This document shows, piece by piece, positions 53,290 through 64,000 of a stretch of DNA of 64,000 nucleotides. Position numbers and translations under genes: made by a program. Below the pieces are notes generated by a model that saw nothing but the letters and a program-made list of their open reading frames with translations, did no database searches and had not been told where the DNA came from. Origin of the DNA: Octopus vulgaris (Eukaryota); the NCBI GenBank assembly GCA_951406725.2, contig OX597833.1:24366001-24430000 (forward strand), read 5' to 3'. The stretch's first letter is position 1; every line of letters starts with the position of its first letter.

Positions 53290-55109
53290 GTTACTACTAC
53301 CCCCACTACTACTACTACTATACACACGCATACACACTTGTGTGTGTGTTGGAAAAGCATTTGATAGCGTTGATTACAATATATTATGAAATGTACTGAA
53401 GCCCATCACTTTCTTTGGTACATCTCTTGCTACCGCCGGACGATATTCCATATAATACTATAATGTGAACAACATACATGTTTTTGTGATTGAGAAGAGT
53501 GTAAGTCAACGATTTATACATTCACCTATTTATTTATTTCATATAGCAAAATGGTTTTGGCTCCATGAGAAATGATGGAAGTGATTCAGCCGATTCTTGT
53601 TAGGAATGAGGTATACAACCAGATCTAGAAACCCACTTTGGGAATTATTACAGTGCTTAACATATAAATTCTCTTAGTGTAAGTGACTCTGTTTTATACT
53701 GTTATACATATGAGGGATGAATATCGTACTGCGTTGAACGCTTCTGTACTTAGCAGATAACTTGCTGCAAAGGATGTAATAGTAATGGAGATCAATTAGC
53801 CGTAATTGATTTATCTAATAAACATAACTGATTGGCTGCGCGTGCAAACGTATGTAAGGCCTATTTTTACACTGCTTCCTTATTGAGTCCATAGGGCCGA
53901 AATTGATATCTCCTTAGTGTGGTTTGAAACATGACATAAAATATTCATATTGGGTGGTGGATCAGCAGAATCGTTAGATTCTCCAGTATATACCTCATTC
54001 TTAACAAGAATCGGCTGAATCACTTCCATCATTTCTCATGGAGCCAAAACCATTTTGCTATATGAAATAAATAAATAGGTGAATGGAGGTCAGCTTTGCC
54101 TGCCATTCTTTCAGAAAAGGAAGTATCAGTCAAATACTGGGTCAATACTAATTAACCATTAAGCCTCAACATTGCTAGCCTGTTGTACAAATTAGAAAAA
54201 AAAAAAAAGAATATTGAAATGGCTTTTGTTCATAAACTTTAAGCAATGCGAACAGACAAAATATGGCGAATTTATGATTTGAAACCAAGACCTTTCGTAT
54301 ACATTTGGAGAATATATCAGTGGATAAAAACATCACAATTATTTGTTTTTTGCTTTACACGTATTGGTATTATTGTTCCGATGACGCCAATGGTATTTGT
54401 CATGACGGTGGTAGTTGTGCTGATGTTAGTTGCCGTAATGGCAGTGATAAAGGTTAAACCAGGTCACACAACGTTGAATCATAAAACTCACAGTATGTAC
54501 TCCCAGTTGGGTGAACCCGATCTTTCAGAGCTCGCTGCATAGTTTCAAACAGTGTTTAAATTTGTTTATGTTCTTATTACTGTGATACAATTTCATTTCT
54601 AGACTTCCTTTTCCCTATGTTATTACTCTCATTAAAACATGCTCAAAATTATTTTGACATGTAAATTTTCGTATTTTTCAACATTTTTTCTTCTTGTTTG
54701 TTTCAAGTACTACATATTTTTCTTTCAACGCTCAGCTTCCCCTGGAAAAAAAATCTGTCTTTTTACATGCTTTTGAGTAGAAGGAAGGGACAAGTCTGTA
54801 ACATTACAAGCTTCTCAGTGACAAGTGAGAATGATGCAGCTGATTTGCATGTTAGACATCCATAGATTAATTTCTGCTTCAAAAATAGAGTAAGCATTGC
54901 GGTCCAATATATAAGTTCGCTTATACAGTATGCTAAACGTACTTAAATACACGATGGAATATCTACGATTTAGTACCTTACCCGAATTTTGTTTCCCCAT
55001 AACTTTATTAGTTCTAATTAAATTTCCAAAAATAATTTTCAGTGATGTAGATTACAACTTTGTTGATGACATTTTTCGTTTTGAAAGATCTTTTATCGAT
55101 TATTTTGTG

Positions 55110-55490
55110 ATTGTTTCAGGCATTTGCCTGCGGCCATGCTGGGGCACCGTCTTGAAAAATTTTTAATCGAATGAATCGCCCCCAGTACTTAGTTTTTGTA
55201 CTTATTCTATTGCTCTCTTTTACCCAACAGCTATGTTACGGGGACGTAAACTCACCAACTCCGGATGTCACGCCGTGGGAAAGAAACACAGACACAAAGA
55301 CATACATGCACACGCATACATATTTATACATACATACAGCGGGCTTCTTTTATCTTCCGTCTACCAAATTCACTCCCAAGTATTTGGTCGACTCGAAGCT
55401 ATAGAAGAAGACACTTGCCCAAGGTGCCATGTAGTGGGAATGAACAAGGAACCATGTGGTTGGGAAGCAAGCTTCTTACCACATAACCAC
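55110..55490 (-). mobile_element. SINE family A, diverged
   Basis: Colinear with 41350-41766. Confidence 0.8.
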
Positions 55491-55764
55491 CCCTTTTTTT
55501 TTATTATTATTCACAAACAAAAGGTCCATACATTTTTAACTATTCAATAATTTTCTTATGATCATTTAAGAAGAGGAAAACTATCTTTGATATTATTCTA
55601 ATTAATATTTATTGGCAACATGAAGGCATAAAAATTCCTAGTTTATGATTAGCCTACTACAATAAAAAGTCGAATATATTCATTAATGAAATGATAAACG
55701 AGCAAGTCTAATACAATACAGATCGAAATTACTCTGGGTCATATCCTGCAATATGCCATCTTCC

Positions 55765-56052
55765 TCTTGTTTGTTCCTTCTTGAGCCACGCCTGACTCAT
55801 TAGGGCCGGTTTCCCGGTTTCCTTGGCGTATAGGTTCCCTACCAGGACGGGACGCCGGTCCGTCGCAGGTGAGCTGCAAGATGCAGGAGGAAAGAGTGAG
55901 AGAAAGTTGTGGCGAAAGAGTCAGCCATTACCTTCTGCCAAAGCTGCGTGGTGGTTCGGTCATAAACGCACACATCACCCGGTCTGAGATTCGAACCCGC
56001 GATGCCTCGAGCGCGAGTCCGCTGCTCTAATCACTAGGCCATATGCCTTCAC
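55765..56052 (-). mobile_element. SINE family C domain joined to a V-domain-like tail
   Basis: tRNA head, then ccacaactttctctcactcttt, then gacggaccggcgtcccgtcc...gaaaccgggaaaccggccc. Confidence 0.8.
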
Positions 56053-57161
56053 CCTCTTCCTCTTACCTCACATCATTGTTTGTTGTACAATGATTATGTA
56101 GTATCACCACCTTGTCCTGAAATACCTTTAGCCAACATCACTGTTGTTAGGGATCATACCTCCAATCAAAATCGTTCTTCCTCTACCCATTAGTTTGGGG
56201 GTGGGGCATGAGAATGGTTATTAGCATTGATCATCCTAAGAAAATATTGAATAGTTTGAAACGAATAAACGAACTTCTTTTATTTATTTTCTCAATAAAA
56301 AATATAAAAATACCCCCACCCCATTACTAAATTTCATTTACGTAATCTTAATCTACACGTTTTAAAACATCATAAAAATGTGTATTACTTAAAAAATACG
56401 GGGAAACAAAGTTGCGACGGAGCAGTTACATTGCTATTCCGGTTAGAACGACAGCATTGTTGACAGCTTCTTATTTTGTTCTAGGATGGCCGTGATCAAG
56501 CAGGCCATGAAGGTGGTTGGCAAATTTTCATAAACCAGTCATTAGATTGTTTAATGCAATAGTTCTTAACCTTTTGAATGGCCCAGCACCTCCTTTCACC
56601 GAATGGCATTTTGCAAACTCCGCTTTGGCATCTTTTGGGAAAAACAAACAAACAAAACAGACGGTAATTTTGCATAAGGGTTTATTAGCTATATTTCATT
56701 TTACTACTTCCATCTAGAATCTGCCTTTTGTTAGCTACTGTCGTGAATTAATGCCCCTCACTTTAAAGTCTTACAAATATAATGAAATTACATTCGACCT
56801 TGGCACATCAACAGTCATGCTTTTATGAACTGATAACACAAACTCATGAAATATTTATTTTGAAAATGAATTCAAAATATACAGTACATAAGGGCATACA
56901 TCGCGAACAGTTTTTCCAAGAAATCTTTCAAAGAATCACCCCAGGTCTTATATGTGAAGTTAGCAGTTCAAATCCTATCGAGGTTCACTCAGTTTTTACT
57001 TTACTGGTCAATTTTGCGATCATTCTTTCCAAGTCGATAAAATTTGAACCAGCCAAATGCTTGCGTTGAGTGACTCGAGTTCATCTGTCACCCAAATTTG
57101 TGGCCTTGTAACAACGATACAAAAAAATTATCATTATTTGCCGCCGAGGTCGACTTTGCCT

Positions 57162-57736
57162 CGTTATCTTGAACAGCTATTATCACGAGTAGGACGGATT
57201 CGGTTATCGGTCGAGTCCATAGTGAAGATCGATCCGTCGCTTTTCATCGGCCTGGAAGGGCAGGCAGTTTTCCTCTGTCTGAGAGCAGTAGCAAAAGAAG
57301 TTGTATGGTGGACCAGGTTAAAAGGACTGAAGACACACACTTTTCTATTCGGCCAATCACTCATCAACTTTTTCAAATTTCATTTGGAAAGGAAGATGTG
57401 GGTGGAGAGAGAAGTGCTGCCTCAGAGTACATTTACTAACAGGTGGATGAATGTAGCGAAAATGGCCCGTGTAAGTGGACCAACTCTAATAATGCGCCTG
57501 TAGGCTAGTGAATTTGAGAGGGAGAAGGGTGCTCATCTCAGATGCCCCCGAAGCCAACTCCAGGCGGTTGTCCCGCCCCCATTGGGTAACTTTTATTATT
57601 ATTTTCCTTTTGTTGGATATCATTGTTATTGTTTTAATTATGTACTCGTTGTTTCTGTGTAAAATCCACACTGTCCATATCTACTGTATCTTACTCTATA
57701 TGTCGGCCCTAGTTGCTAATAAATGAAATAATAATG

Positions 57737-57768
<32 letters not shown>
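57162..57768 (+). mobile_element. 5'-truncated Tx1/L1-type LINE (ORF2 C-terminus, 3'UTR, (TAA)n)
   Basis: EQLLSRVGRIRLSVESIVKI...VAKEVVWWTRLKGL...FFKFHL is homologous to the 63136-63735 ORF. AATAAA then (taa)n. Confidence 0.85.
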
Positions 57769-58265
57769 TCAAATTCCGCCGAGGTCGACTTTGCCTTCCA
57801 TCCTTTCGGGGTCGATAAAGTAAGTACCAGTTACGCACTGGGGTCGATGTAATCGACTTAATCCGTTTGTCTGTCCTTGTTTTTCCACTCAGGTTTAGCC
57901 CCTTGTGGGTAGTAAAAAAATAGGTATTTCGTCTGCCGTTACGTTCTGAGTTCAAATTCCGCCGAGGTCGACTTTGCCTTTCATCCTTTCGGAGTCGATA
58001 AATTAAGTACCAGTAACGCACTGGGGTCGATATAATCGACTTAATCCGTTTGTCTGTCCTTATTTGTCCTCTCTGTGTTTAGCCCCTTATGGGTAGTAAA
58101 GAAATAGGCATTTCGCCTGTCGTCACGTTCTGAGTTAAAATTCCGCCGAGGTCAACTTTGCCTTTCATCCTTCCGGAGGCGATAAATTAAGTTCGAGTGA
58201 AACAGTGGGGTCGATGTAATCAACAAGTTCCCTTTCCTCAAATTTCAGGCCCTGTGGTAGGAAGG

Positions 58266-58270
<5 letters not shown>
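57769..58270 (+). repeat. Tandem array of three SINE family B units (about 180-bp period)
   Basis: aattccgccgaggtc(g/a)actttgcctt recurs at about 57772, 57955 and 58139. Confidence 0.9.
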
Positions 58271-58309
<39 letters not shown>

Positions 58310-59039
58310 TACTACTACTACTACTACTACTACTAGGTGCTTTTTTAAAAAACAATTGAAGATGAAGTATAATAAACACAAAGAGTGTGCAACTTTTCAG
58401 AGCTGATGTAATTAATAGGCCTACAATACGGATCGTTGGAATATTTTAGACTAAAATATTCTCTAATGTTACATATACTATGTCTTCCAGCAAATGTTAA
58501 ACAGTCATCTCACACCCGCACTCGTATCAAATGTTTACGTTGCTGTAGTGTGACGCATAAAATGTTTGGTAATTTTCCAGGGACATTTGCGGACTTTGCG
58601 CTGATTCCCAGTTTCTCAGTGTAAGATGAAATGTATATCACTTTTTTAAAAATCTTAATACCACATCACTCTGTCGCTGGTTGACATTCGTGGGTGATCC
58701 AGTGCGAACCCTAACCGACACCCTATTAAATTGATATAATGTTTATGAAAATGTACTGTTTTAGAATCACAACATCACCATAAAACATTTGGACTCGGCC
58801 TATCAATAGTCAGAGTAGTAACCTATCCACTTAGCTGTCACGTTCAAACTAATAACAAACTGAACTTGACACAAAATAAAATAATTTCTGCTAAGAAACA
58901 ACCAAACACATATATCATTTTCAAATTCATGCATCAGATTGAAGCCAAAGTTACATAATTTCATAACTGAAGTCACTAAGTGATTTCATACCTACATAGC
59001 AATTCTTTGTTAGAGGTTTGTTGTAAAGCAATGGATCTC

Positions 59040-59370
59040 AGTCTTTTGGAACCCAACCACCTACTTTTCGTAGAATGAGTTTTGAAAGACAGCCCGCCTC
59101 GCCGTCTTACAGTAAAGGGGAGTAATTTTAATCATACAGACTGATTTTTCGTAGTGGTTTACAGTAATCCTTCGACTACCGTGCGTTTTATGTTCCAAAA
59201 CCTCCCACAGAAATAATTGAAATCTCAAAAAATTATAAATACCTATCAGCTGCAAAAACCTGCGATATCATAAGGACTCCGCGATATAAATTTACATATA
59301 TTAGCCAGAAAAATCCGCGATGTACTGAGTGCACGATAAGTGAACCGCGATATGGCGAGCTATTAATGCA
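59040..59370. mobile_element. Tigger/pogo-like MITE end
   Basis: Repeated ccgcgat motifs ending gaaccgcgatatggcgag, as in Tc1/pogo subterminal repeats. Confidence 0.5.
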
Positions 59371-59782
59371 TTATCTATACTAGAAAAAACCCCGCCCCCT
59401 AGGTAGTTTTTTCCTAGTCGCTGAATAATATTTACATATTTGAGTCCCAGTTTGCATAATTTTTCTATGTCCCGTCTAATTTTCTTTTGCGTACTTTACT
59501 CGTCGGATAGTTCTCGCTCAATAAATATATTCAGATTAATAGCAAGTATTCAAAGACAGTGTTAGACTTTATGAAGAAATCGAGTATTATATTGACTTAA
59601 CTTAGCTACGTAAAAGTGTTTAGGCTATAGTATATGTATACAGTAAGAACATTTCATAACATACATAACACTTAACTTGAATGCACAATTAGAAAATAAT
59701 CGAAAGAAAATCATATAGGGAAAATATCCGTAGGTTCGTACACATACGGGTTTATTAGTAGTTGCACGCCATTACCTTAAAG

Positions 59783-59819
<37 letters not shown>

Positions 59820-59949
59820 GCACTAAGGTAATGCCGTGTAACTACTAAATAATACTAAGTAAGACTAAGAAAAGGCTATTGCAAGCAAAAATAAATATTG
59901 AAATAAACGCTTTTGACCAAATTTTTACATAAGTTTAACATAATTGCGA

Positions 59950-60045
<96 letters not shown>

Positions 60046-60713
60046 CAAATTTCAGATTTCACGTTACTGTCCCAAATGGAAGAGGGCGAGCGAAAGTGAG
60101 AAAGAAGGGAGGAAGAGAGAGAGAGAGAGAGAGAGAGAGTGTGAGAGAGGGAGGGAGGTCAAAGAAGGAACACTGTCTACCAGGAAATAAATTAGTTTTG
60201 TAGTTGAAATCTTCAATAATATATAAAACAATTATGAAAACCATATTATGATAAAGAAAAAGAAATTAAAATTACAAGTTATCAAAATTTTCTAGATAGG
60301 ATAGACTTTAATAATTGCTTTTTTTTTAAAAGTAAGTTACATTGACCAAACTTATTAATAATCAGCTTTCTTTATTATTATCCATAGTACGCACACCAAC
60401 AGTAATTCATATCTGATGATGATGCAGTGAAAATCTAGGAACGTAATGAATTGAGAGATTTATTACATAAAATCCTAATAAAGAGTTAAAAATGAAACAT
60501 CGTTACGTTTAAAAGAAGAAAGATGCCCTTCGTACATACGACTAATATATATTTAGGCTCCAGCATAGCTGTGTGGTAAGAAATTTGCTTCTCTACTATA
60601 TGATACCGGGTTAAGTCCCACTGTGTGGCATATTGGGTGTCTTCTACTTCCCCGGGCCGACTAAAGCCTTGTGATGGAATTCGGCAGGCAGAAACTGAAA
60701 GGAGCCCGTCGCA

Positions 60714-60845
<132 letters not shown>

Positions 60846-60851
60846 AGATCG

Positions 60852-61001
60852 CTAGCCACTACACGTTATTTTTTCTCTCATTGTTTCTTTCTGTGTTCCT
60901 TTCTATGGAAGAGCGTAGGCTCAAAACGTTAAAGACTTTTTCACTTCCCGAGCGTTGTTGTCTACACCACCTGTCTTCGTCTTTTTTTCTGTGAATTCTC
61001 C

Positions 61002-61005
<4 letters not shown>
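60852..61005 (+). mobile_element. Short Penelope pLTR-like repeat between (TA)n tracts
   Basis: ggaagagcgtaggctcaaaacgttaaagac resembles a degenerate minimal hammerhead. The 3' part cacctgtcttcgtctttt has reverse homologs at 20060-20112. Confidence 0.45.
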
Positions 61006-61058
<53 letters not shown>

Positions 61059-61480
61059 TGGATGACTGAGTTTCTGTCTCTCTCCCTCTCTCTCTCACTT
61101 TCCCTTTGTATCTCTTTTTCTATCCTTTTATTTCAACGCAATATTATTATTTATCTCCCTTGGTCTATAGGGGTTAATCTCTGGCACTAAAAGTTTCAAG
61201 AAATAACTTGAGAGCACATGCTGAACTTCATCTGTACATTTTTTTCTTCTTTTGGATGCCCCACCGTCAACTTTCTCATATGTCCACCCATTTTCAAATC
61301 AAAGTATGCACTTTACAGGAAAGTCTCAAAGTATATGTCACCCGTGAAGAAAGAAACAAAGAAAGAGGATAGAGAGAGAGAGAGCTCATGCAGTAAGATT
61401 GTGATGTCACTGACATGACTTTGATTGAAGTACCTAGTCTCTGAGGGAAACACCCAACTATACATAACAACAACAACCTC

Positions 61481-61528
<48 letters not shown>

Positions 61529-61719
61529 AATAATAATAATCCTTCCTACTATAGACGCGAGGCCTGAAAATTTTGGGGAAGGCATAGTCGATTAAATCGA
61601 CCCCAGTACTCTACTTATACTTATTTCATCAACCCCGAAAGGATGAAAGGCAAAATCGACCTTGGAATAATAATAATAATAATAATAATAAGAATAATAA
61701 TAATAATAAGAAGAAGAAG

Positions 61720-62478
61720 AAGAAAAAAATCCGAGCAATGGTTGAGAAGCTCAGGACTCAAAGCAGAGACAGAGGGATTTTTAATTGCAGCACAAGACCA
61801 AAGCCTCCCCACCAGAAATTACCAAAAACATGTAATGAAAAGAAATATAACAAGTAACTGCAGAATATGTGGAGATGGACAAGAAACAATAAATCATATT
61901 ATCTCTGGCTGCCCAGTCCTGGCTAAGAAGGAATATATTCACAGACACGACAGAGTTGGGACCTACATACACTGGAAGCTATGCCAACATTATGGAATAA
62001 CAACAGAAAAAAGATGGTATAGGCACACACCAATACACACAGATAGAGAAATTAAGGCCAACAGACCAGATATAGTTGTCAGAGATCATGAAGAAAAAAA
62101 TGCTTTCTAATTGATGTATAAATACCAGCAGATGACAACGTGGCTCTAAAAGAAATGGAGAAACTTTCAAAATTCAAAGACCTGGAAATAGAGGTAACCA
62201 GAATGTGGAATCTAAAAACAGAAACAATTCCTATCATAGTAGGTGCATTAGGCATGATAAAAAAATATTCAGACAAATACATAACAAAAACACCAGGACT
62301 TACAAACACATATAACACAGAAAATTGCACTACTAGGCACTGCACACATCCTACGCAGAACACTTTCAATACAGTAACCATCAGAGCATCACAACAAATC
62401 ACAGCACATACCCAAGGCACACAGAGCTGTGCTCGGCAGTGAAGTGAAAGCACGCTATAAAAATAAAACTACTGAATA

Positions 62479-62480
<2 letters not shown>
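61720..62480 (+). mobile_element. R4/Dong-clade non-LTR retrotransposon 3' fragment (CCHC knuckle plus restriction-like endonuclease) in (TAA)n
   Basis: ETEGFLIAAQDQSLPTRNY, CRICGDGQETINHIISGC, RHD, RPDIVV and KEMEKLSKFKDLEIE...IPIIVGALG, with a frameshift near 62100. Flanked by (taa)n, the known Dong target. Confidence 0.9.
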
Positions 62481-62520
<40 letters not shown>

Positions 62521-62548
62521 GTAATAATAAAAAAAAATAATAATAATA

Positions 62549-62607
<59 letters not shown>

Positions 62608-62826
62608 AATAATCCTTTGTACTATAGGCACAAGGAGCCTGAAATTTTTGGAGAGGGGACTAGTCAATTACATCGACCCCAGTGTTTCACTGGTACTTAA
62701 CTCATCGACCTCGAAAGGATGAAAGGCAAAGTCGTCTCTGCGGAATTTGAATTCAAAACGCAGCTGCAAACGAAATATTGCTAAGCATTTCGCCCGGCTT
62801 GCTAACGATTCTGTCAGCTCGTTGCC

Positions 62827-62867
<41 letters not shown>

Positions 62868-64000
62868 TAATTCTTTTATTGGCAACAAGGGCTGACAAAA
62901 ATTAATTATAACACAAAGGGACAAAACAGGACGAAAGGTTACAAATGGTTTTGTCCGTTTGTAAAAAAACCGTGTAAAAACAGTGTAACAACGAAAAATT
63001 ATAACAACGAAAAACTCCCAATAGAGGGAGGCGTTACGAAAGGTTATTGGTGGAAAAACCCATAAAAGCCAATGGGGAGCCTGGTCAAAAAGGGGGGTAT
63101 AGAGCCCCTTACTCCTTTTGTAATACCTTTTTAAATTACAGGTGTATTCTTAGAATGGCTTCTTTCACACTGGCCATTCTTGCGACATTTATCCACCTTT
63201 CAGTAAACTTGCTATCGGACAGCACTTCCCTCTCTACTCTCACCTTCCTTTTCAAGTGAAACTTGAAAAAGTTGATGAGGCCTAGGCCAAAGAGGAAAGT
63301 GTCTGACCTTAGCCCTTTCAAACGGGTCCACCATACCACCTCTTTCGCTACAGCCACTAGGCAAAGGAAAACTGCCTTGCCCTCCCGGTTAAAGGAGGTC
63401 GGCAGGGCAATCTTCACTATGGATTCAGCTGATAGCCGGATCTGTCCTATACGCGACAGTAGCTGTTCGACATAAACCCATAGTTCAGCAATACTCGGAC
63501 ACTGGACGAGAGCGTGCAGAACGGTTTCGTCGTCCTGGCAGCACCTCGGGCAGGCCCGGCTGACGGCACTTCCGTGCCGGTAGAGTTTATCTCGAACAGG
63601 CAGAGCCCCTCGGTAACACTGCCAGGCGAGGGACCTCTGGAAATTATCAATTGGCCCCGGCCCGAAAGTCCTTCCGAACAGACTGCTCAGCTCGTTATCG
63701 TCAACGCCTAGAACGTCGTCGCACTTTTCTTCCACTAACCCTCTATAGAACGCTAGAGTGGAATTACTACCGATCGCATTTCCCGCTTGGCGGAGGGCGG
63801 AGAGAGCTTGACGGCACTCGAGGTGCTAAGCGCCCTTTCTCGGTCTGCATTTGATCCAGGTCTGCAGCTCTGTCAAAGAGACGAGCTGCGGAAATCGCGT
63901 CTGACAAAAGACGACCACACCTGTTCACCGTCTAGGAAACGCTTGTGATGCCGTAGCCTGAGCGCATGTCTGCGCATCAGTAACCACGGCATGCTAAGGC
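62868..64000 (-). mobile_element. Tx1/L1-type LINE ORF2 C-terminus (zf-RVT) and 3'UTR, continuing beyond the window
   Basis: LAWQCYRGALPVRDKL...CPRCCQDDETVLHALVQCP is the zf-RVT pattern. Stop at 63136. 3'UTR ends gccaataaaagaa followed by (tta)n. Confidence 0.9.

Noticed and set aside
57769-58270. Regularly spaced repeats resembling a CRISPR array
   Set aside because: The units are whole SINE copies with no unique spacers; eukaryotic context and no cas genes.

Overview
Eukaryotic, AT-rich, microsatellite-saturated genomic DNA. The SINE families look like those of octopus/coleoid cephalopods (my inference, not verified). Almost all ORFs in the supplied track are translated (TA)n/(CA)n/(CTAT)n repeats. 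I can support one host coding exon: a 148-bp minus-strand exon (46298-46445) with canonical splice sites that encodes an APCDD1-like N-terminal segment, so most of the window is probably intronic. The rest is a dense mosaic of mobile DNA: CR1, RTE, R4/Dong-type and Tx1/L1-type LINE fragments; several tRNA-derived SINE families with interchangeable heads and tails; nested hAT MITEs; mariner- and Tigger-like MITEs; Helentron-like pieces; and Penelope-like remnants with hammerhead-like motifs. The most interesting structure is (i) a SINE whose 3' tail matches the Tx1 LINE 3' end, with both elements repeatedly sitting in or next to SINE copies, (ii) combinatorial head/tail SINE modules, and (iii) many fold-back or inverted repeats and short templated duplications. 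Repeat boundaries were read by eye and are approximate.
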